Source: Haplodiscus bocki | Taxonomy: Eukaryota | Length of the DNA stretch: 64,000 nucleotides | NCBI GenBank assembly: GCA_965655095.1 | Contig: OZ296653.1 | Coordinates: 38,564,001-38,628,000 of the forward strand | Reading direction: 5' to 3' | Shown here: piece by piece, positions 1 to 12,457 of the stretch | How positions within the stretch are numbered: position 1 is the first letter of the stretch | Layout: each line of letters opens with the position of its first letter | Notes under the pieces: generated by a model | The model's input: only the letters and a program-made list of their open reading frames with translations | Told to the model about the DNA's origin: nothing | Database searches by the model: none | Position numbers and translations under genes: made by a program

Positions 1-630
1 AAAGTATGTTGTCATAGTGTGTATATTTCTCAGAAATCGTATTTTTATATTAGGACAAAAATATCCACTGGCCAACTTTCGTGCCAAGCTCTTCAGCTGT
101 CTATCAAGTGAGCATTCCTGGTGGATATCCCGTCGATCGATTCTACTTTTTCAAGCTTCAAGACGTGGACAGTTCCTCCATATAGCTTTTGCGCGTGATG
201 TTACATAGATTGTGGGACGTTGGTTAGTCGTGAACCACAAACACGACGGCTATGCAAGCACAGCCTTAACTTTAGTCAGTGTAACAATTACCACTAGGCT
301 ATACGGAGGGGAAATAGAAAAAGAGAGACTAGAATAAATATACATAACCGAATATGATGACATCATTTTTCTCTGTCTCGTATATGTGTTATGTAGACGT
401 AATTGAAGAACAAGAGGCGAGGCTCGAAGAGCTGAGCAATAATATAAGGGAGACGTTGACTGGAAGGAAGCCAGTGAGAGAGCAAAGCGAACGAGCGAGC
501 GGGTATATTGTCGGATAATATCAGTGGCCGATGAGGGTGAAGGAGCAAAGCGACTGAGCTCTCAGATGTTACTGGTATTATCCGCAATATACCATATTAT
601 TACCGTTATATAACATGAGACGAAAATTTT

Positions 631-920
631 AAGACTTTGTTGAAAGAACTACTATCAAACAGCACAAAGAAGTTTTTCTGGCGAGGAAATGGATAAATAG
701 AAAGGGCTGAAAAAAAGGACATTTCCGTCTTTTTATTCCTTCCTGACATGAATGAAAACGAACACAAGAACGTGAAGATAAAAAATTTCAAAAAAGGCAA
801 TTTTTCATCTCAAACTTTCTTCGGATGTAATCAAAAATGCTTTCTAAAATTCAAAAGTTTGGCATTCCTCGGTACTGGCAAAGTATTTTAAGAAAACAGC
901 TTGTCTGGGAAAATAGAGAC
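631..920 (+). repeat. Diverged direct repeat of 2043-2335 (fragment of an unidentified degenerate coding sequence)
   Basis: Collinear match including TTCCTTCCTGACATGAA(T/C)GAAAACGAACACAAGAACGTG and TTTTTCATCTCAAACTTTCTT in both copies; the second copy lies in ORF 1864-2304. Confidence 0.8.
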
Positions 921-3900
921 AAAAATTGCTTCCTATTTTGAATATTCTAAGCTGATGTTTAAATAAAGCAAACTGCTTTCACTTGTCTTTTTTGCTGGAG
1001 CCTTTTCTTTGATGACTACTGGTCATACGATGCCAGTTCACAGCTAAGTCGACGAATTGCCTCCCAGAGTTTTTTTTCGGAAGCAGGCGCAGTCGGCATC
1101 ATACTTTTTGGCAAAACATTTTAGTTTCTATTTTTCAATTCTAAAGAGTTTGCGCCTCGGTCTTCCGTCAGCAGCGTTTTCATCGTGTTTCCCAAGTTGT
1201 TCCTATTCATCTTACTCAGATGTTTCTAGGGGTACCATAGTTTATGTGTTTAATGTTTTTCCTACAGCAATTATGTTTACAAAAACCTTAGATACCGAAT
1301 AAGCTTTTTTCTTGTTTATTTCGTGTAATTTAATTTTCCTGGAATATTCAGTGTTTTTTGTCAAAAGTCTTCTCGTCGATTATTGAATAGAATTTTTTTG
1401 AGCATGGTTGAAACAAAAATGGAGATTCTAATCATTAACAGGGTATGGTATCATCTATACTTTTTTGAATGCCCAGCAACTTGAATCTCAAAACTTTGCT
1501 GGCTTTCGTAAGTTTTGGTCTAAGTATTTTGGTCTAAGATATTTCAATAACTGTCAGCAGGAAATTGTCTCTGTTGCGAAAATGTTTCCACAGCGCAACT
1601 TTTCTATTGTGTTTTAAATTGGCTTGAGTACAAAAATAGTTTGTTGTATCTATGAATTCTCTGATATTTAGAAAGCGACACAGAAAAATGCGTTTCAAGT
1701 TTTTAAAAATGATGAGGGACTGACCGTGGTTTTAGAGCTGTATCCGTTTTTCTTGCACACCTATGATATTGTAACTTTTAAAACAAGTGAGTGTTCGACT
1801 TTGTTTTTTTCTCACCCCATATTGACTGTCAATGGATAAAAGAATCATAAATGTTGTATTTATATGTACTTTAGAGCGCGTTTTATTTGTTTGAGAAAAC
1901 GATCAGCCTGCAGAAATAAAAGCAAGCCATATTTGATATGTAAAAATTGGATTGTTGTTCAGACTTCACAGCAGATTTATTATACATTTGTGTTTAAACA
2001 AGGCTGGTCAAAAATGCTAGCCTTTGGAAAACCAGGTGAATCAGACTTTTGTGAAGGAACGACTATCAAACAACACAAAGTAGTTTTTCCGGCAAGCAAA
2101 TGGATAAAAAGGACGGACGGAAAGCAAGAGGACATTTTCATCTTTTCATTCCTTCCTGACATGAACGAAAACGAACACAAGAACGTGTTGGGAAAAATTT
2201 TCAAAGAAGGCATTTTTCATCTCAAACTTTCTTTGGTTGTAATGAAAAATGCTTTTTCAGCACTCACATGTTGGCATTACTTGGAGAACTGTCAAACTAT
2301 TTGACGAAAAGAGCAGGTCTGGGCAAACTGAGAAAAGTTTGTCTTGTTTTACACGCTAAAGAAAAACTACTTTACATGAAGTAGAAAAATAAAAACGACA
2401 CAATGAACCAACCACAATGTTTTTTCCAAACCCGTTAGAGTCAAATTCAAAGCATATTTTTTTTGTAATTAAGATCCTGGAAGTTCGAGAGATTTGTGTC
2501 ATTTGCCGCTAACCCAAAAAATGTACTATGGAAACCAGTCCCAAACCTAATCTAGATCAGTAACTCTTTTTTGCTTTGTCACATCAAGGATTGCTCAGCC
2601 ACAAAACTTGAGCTAGTTGCTAGTTGTTAACCATTAACCCTGTTCAGTTCTACCAAAAACTAATTTCAGTTTCTTTAGTAAAAACAGTGATTGTTTCCAA
2701 CAAAAATTTATTAGGCCTTCTCGCTACATTTAATAAAAGTATTTAGGGATGAGGAAGTATGAAATGTACCTTTTGCAAGGGTTTTTTTGCGGTATCAATT
2801 GTTCTGCATTTTCAGTATTTAAAGCAAGTTTCCTAGGAAAAAGTTCTCGTTACTGGTAGTTTGTAAACAACTGTTTACTTTTAATGTCAGTCTCATACAG
2901 CCTCGGGCGTATCCGAAACATTTAATGCAACCACAAAAATTGTATTTTTTTTATTTTTCAGAGAATAAAAATTTACCGCTCAAAAATCCTTATGTTCGTT
3001 CTCGCCTTCGGTTGCTTCGATTACATAACTCCCGTTATGTAACATGAGACAATAATTTTAAGAGCCTGTGGCATTTGCATTAAAAGTAAGCCCTGTAGAG
3101 CATCTGGGAAGCTCTGCGTTTGTTCAATTATGCATTGAAACATTGGAAATTTTGGTTTCCCCGAAGGCGGCCATGTTTCTTAAAAATCAGTTCTACCTAA
3201 GGTAATCTGAAAAAATTGGAATTTTTTCAAAACATTAAAGGGGTCTTCCGACAGATATTTTGACCTTTGTAGGTGGCACCAATGCTAGCTGTTCCTGGTT
3301 TCTTTTCTTGTTTATCTGCGTGTTTTATCAGCTTATTGTGACACCGCTCTGAACCATATCTATCTCAACCAGAGGAGCAAATAAAAAGCAAGCAAACATA
3401 ATCAAGGCATGAATTGTTTTACCTGTTTTAAAATTGGTTAAGTTTTTTCGAAAAAAAATTTCGTACCTTCTGGCGACGAAGATCTGACAAAATGAAAATG
3501 ATTTCGGTTCTTCGCGTTGTTAATCAATGCTTCAAAGAATAGTTCAAGTTCTGGAGACGTCGAAATTCCTAAATTCAGTTACACAAATGAAAGCTTAAAA
3601 ACAATCGTCCCGCTGACATTAACAATTGAGCTCTTTAAATTTTTTTATGTTTTTCGGCGCTTTTAGCAAATATCAAATCGACTTCCGTTGATCTGTTGAA
3701 AAGTAATTTAAACATTTATCCTTCAAACAGTTTTTAAAAATTCAACGCATAATGCAGTAAAAATCAAAGTGAAGGTGGCTTTGCCCCTTTGATCGGTGCT
3801 TTCAACTGATAACTCCACTTTTTGAGGAAAAAAACACTTTTTCAACAAAAAAAATCAAGTTTGATTGATCCATTGAATTTCCAGTATCCTTTGCGACTAC

Positions 3901-4181
3901 CTACCTCGTGATATTTTTTTCAAAAAAAATCAAAGGGATCTTTGAAGTTTTCAAGGAAAACATGTTTTGCCGCAAAACTCTGCATCTGATTCCGTTGAAA
4001 GTTCAAAAATTTTTTTTTCGGTCCTCGGCACATAATTACAACGATTCCTGACAATTCAATGACGATTCCTGACAATTCAATGAAAATGATATTTTTAGAC
4101 AAATGTCAGCCCCGAATGAGATGAAAATGAGATATCTACATATTCCTAAACTTAAAATCTAAATGCTAGTTCTGCAGCCCC

Positions 4182-4521
4182 TGTAGAAAGTCTCGTCCGG
4201 GCACAACTCTTGAGAGGAAAGGCTCAGAAAAACACCCACATCAGGATGAAGATCATTCTGAGAAGGATCCTCATTTGTTTCCTGGTTCTCTCTACTTGAA
4301 TTCCGGGATGTCTCCAGAACAAGTCCGGAGTGAACTTCGGCTTGTGGGAAAAAATCATCTAGCCTAAGCAGGGCGACCAAAATAGGGCTCTCCATCCTTT
4401 TGAACTCCTGAGACAGTTTCTTTGTCACTCTTCACCCAAATTTCTTCGAAACCTGAGTGATGTAAACTTCCTGATTCCTAGGAACATTCGCGACCCACGC
4501 CAATTCGTTCCTGGGATGTTC
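4182..4521 (-). mobile_element. 3' portion of a Gypsy-family LTR (host LTR), containing the Gag N-terminal coding segment
   Basis: ORF 4159-4428 (TKKLSQEFKRMESPILVALLRLDDF...NQETNEDPSQND) matches the end of every other LTR copy; terminates in ...CTACA on the - strand at 4182. Confidence 0.8.
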
Positions 4522-6128
4522 TGTTGCAACACATCTGCGTAGCCTGCTGACAAGAGCTACCCAAATAAAGGTGTTTCCTAGATGACTGAGCAAACTGAAC
4601 AACAAACAAAAATTTTTACATTTAATATACCCAAAAAAAATTTATAACTGATCCATACTATATACGGATCACCATACCAGACTGATCCAGACTAGGACGC
4701 AAACGTTACGGAACAAACGGATATTGCAGAGCTTTCCTACGCTGTCAACGGTGTTACATCTGCATTACTAAATTTATTGTGTGATACAAATCCAGCTTTT
4801 CAGATCAATTTTTTGGATTGACTGCAACAAAAGCTTTTTTAGACATTGCAGCTCAAAAACTGAGCTAAATAACAGCGTTACTTTGAACAACATAGAAGAT
4901 TCCGAGAGTGATTATTTTTTCTGTGCGTGTTCCGTCACTACTATTCTGGTGACATCACGATCTTTCCGACCACTACGCTGTGCTGTAGTAACGCACTGAA
5001 AATGGAGTGACTCTGTATTCATCCTTCACTTGAGCAAAGGCCGCCTGATTTGACCGCCGCTTCTAGTGAACACGGATAATCTCCTGAAAAAACTGTTGGC
5101 TACTCCATGAAGGAGAAGTATTCTGTAGTGTTACTAGTTTCTACTCGTCTCTGGAGACAGATGATGAAGTACTTTGAACGAAATATGAAACGTGAAATAA
5201 CTATTCCCAACATGAATGAAAGAGCAAAATAATTGTTTCTTAAGAATTTCCTTTAATTATTCAATTTTTTCATATCTTGATTTGCAATATTTAATTTCTC
5301 CAATTGGGAAAAGTCCAATAAATTGCTTGCGAGTAAAATGTTTGCGCGAGAATAAGCACTTTGATGTCCATTTCCGATGAAGTAGGTTCATCCATTTTCT
5401 GACGAAACATGGAAAAAACAGGTCGCATGTGGGAAGAAATGGTTGGAAAACTGTTTATTCCCCTCTAGAGTCGGCAGTTTCACTTTGATTCTCCTATAAT
5501 GATAGTAGTTTACCGTTTTTGTACCTTGACTTGGCTTGTCAACAGCTACTTTTCCGCCAGGAAAAGGGTATCCATACAAAAAACGAAAATAAAGGACAAA
5601 AAATTGTACGGATGATGCAAACCAGTCACGATGTTTTCTAAAAACTTGACTCTCATTTTTCTTCATTTTTATTAGAATGTAGTAACTAATTCAGTCTGCC
5701 CCACTGGTGACTACCTTTCCCTCTTCGCAACTGGCAAATCTCAGAAAAAAAGGATAATTAGCAGCCGTCAGCAAAGTTAGTTAATCATGAGGAACATCCC
5801 ACGAGCAACCAAGCGCGGGAGACCTTTTTTTCCTTCAAGTCAAGAGGATTATAATACTCAAGTTGCAGGAAACTTGAAAGTACAGTGATAAAAAAGCTGC
5901 CCCATGAGATCAGTGGGACGGAGAGCCGAATTTTGGGCGCTGTGTCTAGGCTGGATGATATCTTCGAACCCCGGAAGTCCGACTTCACTTCACGTTCCAG
6001 GGACAACCAATTCAAGTAAGGAGAACCAAGAAACAAATGAGGATCCTTCTCAGAATGATCGTCAGACTGAAAAGGGTGTCTCATTGACCCGTTCCTCAAA
6101 AAAATCCGCCTGCAGGAGATTTCTGATT
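4522..6128 (+). mobile_element. 5' LTR of Gypsy element 1
   Basis: Starts TGTTGCAACAC (cf. TGTCGCAGCAC at 49271, which follows a PPT). Collinear with 49271-50890 and with the reverse complement of 55902-57504. Followed by a degenerate PBS-like TGATAATATGAGT and gag. Confidence 0.8.
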
Positions 6129-7290
6129 TGATAATATGAGTTCAAAACGAGATTTCTTATTGCCCCAGTGGGAATTTTCATGAAAAATCACAGAAGGCGC
6201 GCTCCACAATTCAGTAACATTTTCGAAGTAACAACACCCTGCGACGGTTGAAGGAGAACAGATTTTGTTAGCGACCAACAACAGCTTTGCCAACTTCAAC
6301 ATTAACCAAAATAGAACTTCTAAACTGCCACAGTCACTCACCACGGCAATTCCCACAATTGACAGGAAATTTGAGAAGTTCGAACTGCTTAAAATCTATT
6401 CTAATCGAACCTCAAGATTCCTATTCAGGTGACAGAAGACAATAAAATGTATTGTTTTCAATCTTTAAGGAAGCGGGACGCGTTGCAGACGTTCGAAAAC
6501 ATCAGCAGCCCGACCCCGCAGAATCTGGGAGCACGTCTAGCAGTTTTCCGTAGAAAAAAGGCAAGCCTCAGTAAATGAAATTTGTCTTCAATCTGCCAAA
6601 CCAAAAGTCGGAGGACTTTCTTAACTAACTACAAAGACCTACAAATTACGCGTTCAGATTAGCTTGTCTGCCCTCACTCAACAATCCATAAATGCCAAAA
6701 GGCCACCACATCTGAAGAAATCGAAAAACCAAGCACAATTGTAAAATGACACGTATGAACAGATTGTGAAACATCTCGAAAACAAAATTTACTGGAACGG
6801 TTTTCAAAAAAACTTGGTAATATAAATTGAAAACTTCAATTGACGCAACATGCCACAAAAAGCATTCCTGAAAAGACCAAGCCGAAATATCATCACTGCA
6901 TATAGGCAAGCAACTATTGAAATCAATGACTTCAACTCAAGAGAGGGGAAAAATTGAAGGCAACAGAAAGAGTGCTGGAAAAAAGAACAGTGGTCATAAA
7001 AAATCGAACTCGAACAACAAAACTAACAACAACAGCAACAATAACATTAACAACAACAACAACGCCAATAACAAAAAAACAATGCAAACAACAGAGCTGC
7101 AAGAAAACCAGGAACCACCTTGTGAGACAAAATGCAAAGCGAACCGTTCCACAGAGAAGTGCTACTTTGGAGATGTTGCAGCAAACAGAACCCCTCCTCG
7201 AAACAGAAGAGCGGCAGGACGAGTCATGTCCAACAATTTGACACCCGAAGCAATGAATGTGAGAATTTTCAGGCTCCAGCTCAACCCGTA
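5787..7290 (+). pseudogene. gag: Degenerate gag of element 1
   Basis: Collinear with gag at 21206-22770. Decayed zinc-knuckle segments near 6880-6930 and 7120-7165 (CET...STEKCYFG) flank an Asn-rich (AAC)n linker; many stops and frameshifts. Confidence 0.75.
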
Positions 7291-7710
7291 AGCTAAAAAT
7301 GCCTCGGCTTGATTGCGGAGCTGCTATTTACAGACCGGAGACCACCTGAACAATACTTCCACCAATCTCAGAGGTTTTTTGGCAGCAACATCCAAACACT
7401 TCCGAGAAAACGTAAAAAAAGCCTAATAGTCCTAATAACAACCCAAATATTGAAACTATCCAAAATACTCAAACGACCGACCGAAAAGAAAGAAAGAAAA
7501 GACGTAGACTCACAAACATCGCTATTAAAGGGAACCCTATCGTAAACTGATCCGGAACAGTTCGTAGAAAAGTAAACCAAGAGAACGCAAGCAACGGGCC
7601 TGAACAACGCCCAGAAAAGTCCAATTAAAAATGACACGACAGCTTCTAATAATTAAAACGGCAATATTCTTCCTCTCACACTAAAAACTCAATATACTGA
7701 AAAAATCCTC

Positions 7711-10700
7711 GTGAGTGATGAAAACACGAACGAACTCTACATGCCGTTGTCCTCTACAATAGTCCAAAAAGGAAGAGAAGTAATGCTGTATATCCTTCTG
7801 GATTTACAGAATGACCTAACAATAGGTGCCCTTGTTGACTCAAGGGATTACGTCAGTGCCAGAGCGCAGACTCAAATGGGAAGAATCAGACAACAAACCC
7901 GGAATATCATCTTGAAAGTGGATGATCCTCCATTTCTCCAAATACGAGTAGCAAGTGGCGCTTAGTAACAGCCTCACCTTTGTTTTAAATTAGAGACGAC
8001 ACCTTTGCAGAACATTTTGTCGTACTGAAGAAACTGAGAATGCCAGTTACCAAAATGCACTTCATGAGACACAATAATGTAGTCCTTGACACTACACATG
8101 GCCTCATTCAATTTCATCACTTAACAATGCAGATCAGAAAACTAGAAGCCGAATGAGAGAAATACCCCAATCCGTCCTCAGCGATGATAACCTGAAAATT
8201 CCGCCGTTAACAAGAAAAACAATCAGAGCTTTTGTTGATCATATATCCCAAAGTCACACAATATATAAAGTGAAGCATCTGAAGAACTTCACTGAAACAG
8301 TCTTTCTGCTGATTTTCCACTCGATGTCATCAATAATTGACAAGAAAGCAGCAAACAGAGTAAAAAATACAGCTTTATCACCTTACACGATCAAAAAGAA
8401 CATAAACTTCGGCCTCCTTAGTGGTGAATCTGGACCAATTCAAGTTCATCAATCGAGTAGACACGGCTTTTTTAGTACGATCTAGGACGGTGTTCCAGAT
8501 CCAATTACTTACATGAATGAGCTAGTAAGAAGGAAGAAATCTGTGCAAATTCTGGTTCCTCATACCCTAATATCCTGGCAAAACTGACGATCTTACCGCC
8601 ATAGAATCACTAATCCTCAGAGAACTACACGAATTGAAACCAAAACAGAAATTGAACTTGAAGGACGACACAGAATCTCGAAAAAACTCCGTGGACTAAT
8701 TGAATGGACGGGAATACTGCCTACTGAAGTTGAGAAATAAATAGTTGAAGAAAACCTGGTTGAGTATTTTGATATCTTTAAAAAAGGAAAACGATGGACA
8801 TTGGTATGAACACCAAGTTTAGAGTGAAAATGACTCCCGAAGATGACACAACTGCTTAAAGCAAAAACATACCAACGTCGATCCACCTAAAAAAATAGTG
8901 AATCGGCTAGCCGGCTCCCTTGCACAAATATGACGTAACTACACTACTGTCATTCTCCTACTGCGCAATTCTAATTTCTGCCCAGAGGAAATCCAAGGGA
9001 ACAACCACGTCTAATTTTGGATCTCAGACAAATCAACCGTCTGATTGCGAATAACTGTACTAACAAAAATCGCCCCTTGAGCACTTCGCCAAAGTGCCTC
9101 TTCTGCAAGCTCCATCGTCACGAAGCTTACCACTGTTTTCAGATGGTGGACCAATAGTCAATGGAGACGTTTGCATTCAGTCTTGTGCGTGTGACATTTC
9201 CCACAAAAGACTTGCACAGGGCCTAAACAGATCAGTGTCTGCATTTTCAAGCTCCCTATGCGAGCACTTGCACCCAATTGTCAAGGCTAACTGATGCGCC
9301 TAATACATGGACGTTGAAACGATTGCAACGAACATTGCTACTGTTTTTACGGGGAATAACCAGGCAGTCTTCATAAGCATTCACAAAGCTGGATTGGAAA
9401 TGGCAATATAAAAAAGACACTTTGAAGTTATACAAAATGAACTCCAGGGGCAGGACCACTTTACCAGAAGGAATTTCACCGCAAGCCCACAAAATCCTAA
9501 GCGCCTCAGCAGACTCGGATTTCCCAAACCAAGAGAGGCTTTTCGGCGCTGCCTGGAATTCGTACACCTTTACAAAAAATTTTTTCACAAGATGGTTGAA
9601 ACTCTTAACGCATTCTAAGAGATGCTGAAAACCCAAACGCCGCAAAAAGCAACAACAGAACGTACCGAAACGTTTGTTTAGAAAACAAAGCACTCAAAAG
9701 ACCATGCCAACTAATGTTAGAACAGCCCCAACTACGAAAACAACTTGATGACCGACGCAAGCTTCAGAAGCGCAGGTTTTGCACTCATGATTGAATTAAA
9801 CACGGATCAGAAAATCCAATCAGAACGGAAAACGTTCACCCCTACGGGGCTTTCCAATAAAAACCTATCCCGCCCGCCCCACTGAAAATGTCAATATACT
9901 TTAACGGATTTTCGGTTACTGACATGGCATTTCGCGAATTTTCCAGAAATTCTCAGGGAAGTAACGAAACCAACAATCGTCTTGACGGATAACAAATCCG
10001 TCAAACGTTCTTTATTCAAACGAAAAACGTCCCACCATCGCAATTCCCAAGTAGCAGGCATTGCTGGTTCAGTCAACACAACAGCTGGAATTATATCCAC
10101 ACTAGTATTGAAAGTAACCGCGAACCGTCTCAAAATCCGGGAAAATACATAAACAACACTAATAAAGGTGAAAATATCTTCCTCGAACGTCGCCAACGAA
10201 GGATAGTTCTTGTTCACACCAAGGAGCAACAAAAATGAGACCGAAGAACAGTCCTTTGAAATGAAGGAGCAACCTTGGAATAAAGCAACAGATTGGGTGG
10301 CAAATGAGGAGCCATCCTCAAGGAAGCCAAGTTTCAAGGAGTTTAAAAAGATGGACAGAAACAGCACGTGATACTCCATCAATGAAATCAAGGCGAATTC
10401 GCGCTTAACAGTGGAGCAAGACGATGATCTAGTATAGAAGAACTTGAAATTCAAAATATTTGGTCAACAGCAAAATCTATTCAAGCACTGCGAAGCCAAC
10501 GAGGATGGCGAGATTCTCAAATTCTCAAAGACGGCCTAATGTTCGGGACGTAAAAAGGAAAAACTAAGAGCTTCAAAGTTTACGAAAGTTTAAAACCGAA
10601 CCATCTTCTGAATGAAGCACTCCGGAATCACCATTACACTAATTGCCTACGGACAAATATTTCACTACACGAACAGGGCGCAGTTGATCAGAAAGAGGCT

Positions 10701-11700
10701 CATTTCATGTATGCAAGGTATCAGGAGTTGAGGAAGGGACAAAAAAAATCATTCATTCACAACTTCGAAACCCAATTGAAAACGTCACAGGATGAGAAAG
10801 TGCCTTGTGGATTAATCTAGTTCCAGAACTACCTGAGTCACGAAAATATCTTTAAAGCTCTGGCTGTGTTCTCTAGCTAACTGTTTGTCTAACCGACACG
10901 ACGCCAAGAGGTCACAAATGATCACATGAGGTAAACATATCATGAGTGAGCAGACTTATTCACCGAAAACGAGCATTTCAGACAAAAGATTAGCGTTTGC
11001 GGCGGAAACAATCACAGAAATGGCAGATTTTGTATGATTTATCCTAAAAATTGCCACAAGTAAGCGTACCCATATGGTAGGAATGTTCGGAAGAACGCAT
11101 GCCTCACTCGAAAAGCACCAAGCACTAAAGAATGAAACAATTAAACGAAGATCAATATGCTACAAGTATGTCAACGTTGCCCTCCCCAATTACATCACAA
11201 CAAATCACACAAACATTGGGTTCCAACATAGTAGAGTGTTCAGCGGAGGCATTCCGTACAATGTCCTAAATCTGAGGATGGGAATTTAGACATCACCGAT
11301 GCCAATTTTACAAGTTGCCCAAGATGTCCTTGAGCACACAGAAAATATCTTTCAAGGTGTTCGCCAATTATTCCATGCAAGCCATCAAGTTCAACGCGTA
11401 CTATGACAAAATAACAAAAGCCTCAAAATTGAGATAACAAAACTGTATGACTGCCTTACAACCGAAAGCAGCTCACACAGGAAGTAAAAATGCCTCTAAA
11501 AGGTTTTGTTGGATTGTTCCTTATATCGTTGGAAAGTCCAAACAACATTTACTTGGTGCGAAAAGTGGAAATGGACAGAACACAAGACCTGCACCGTATG
11601 AGACAACAACCGCTCACGCCAGGAAAACTTATACTTGATGTAAAACCCACGTCACAATAATTGAAACCCGACCATGTGTTGATCAATACCTATGATGCAT
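7711..11700 (+). pseudogene. pol: Degenerate pol of element 1 (protease-RT-RNase H-integrase)
   Basis: Protease GALVDSRDY (ORF 7711-7965); RT with KRLAQGLNRSVSAFSS and decayed YxDD (TAC ATG GAC GTT near 9304); RNase H MTDAS (~9748) and LTDNK (~9982); integrase with WIVPYIV GPY/F-like motif (~11510). Confidence 0.85.
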
Positions 11701-12257
11701 TGAACAACATGGAAAACTGCTGAATACGAAAGCCCATTTTTGACAACAATCAAGAGGAAGCTGACCTGCACAGTTCACCTGGAAAAGCTCCGCGATCTCA
11801 TCCAACGTATGACGAGTCGTGTACTATTCCAGGCATCGTACCGAAAACTTGCCCAAACATTCCTCAGCAAATGGACAGGATACGTAACAGACAGATTTGG
11901 ATCAAGACAATTGTAATACACCTGACACGAATTCGGAGCAGCATAATCGTAATTACAAAAACTACCGCTGTGCAAAATACGACCCGCGTCATAACCCAAA
12001 ATCGAGTTGCATTTTTAATTGAACAGCATCGATTACAGGTTCTGATATTTTTTTTCCAATTTAACTTTCTGAGTAAACCCTAGTTTGCTCTAAGGAATAC
12101 GCAGCATCTGCGGAGACGACTTCGAGATTTTCCCCATTTGATATCGAAAATGATATAAACGTCTACTACATTTGCTTAAAATTTAAGGAGCCTCTCCGGC
12201 ACGAAAAAAAAATGACTCAATTTTTCCAGCTGCACCACAACTCCAACTAATTGCTCA

Positions 12258-12457
12258 NNNNNNNNNNNNNNNNNNNNNNNNNNNNNNNNNNNNNNNNNNN
12301 NNNNNNNNNNNNNNNNNNNNNNNNNNNNNNNNNNNNNNNNNNNNNNNNNNNNNNNNNNNNNNNNNNNNNNNNNNNNNNNNNNNNNNNNNNNNNNNNNNNN
12401 NNNNNNNNNNNNNNNNNNNNNNNNNNNNNNNNNNNNNNNNNNNNNNNNNNNNNNNNN
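12258..12457. other. Assembly gap (200 N)
   Basis: Run of exactly 200 N; true size unknown. Confidence 0.99.

Noticed and set aside
4041-4082. Perfect 21-bp tandem duplication (similar ones at 36980-37019 and ~19390-19412)
   Set aside because: Ordinary slippage duplications with no evident function.
4182-4758. A - strand solo LTR starting TGTAACACC at 4758
   Set aside because: PPT-adjacent starts at 49271 and 57504 show the LTR begins TGT(C/T)GC; 4522-4758 belongs to the + strand LTR.
6917-7291. Asn-rich ORF as an independent gene
   Set aside because: It is the low-complexity linker between the two Gag zinc knuckles.
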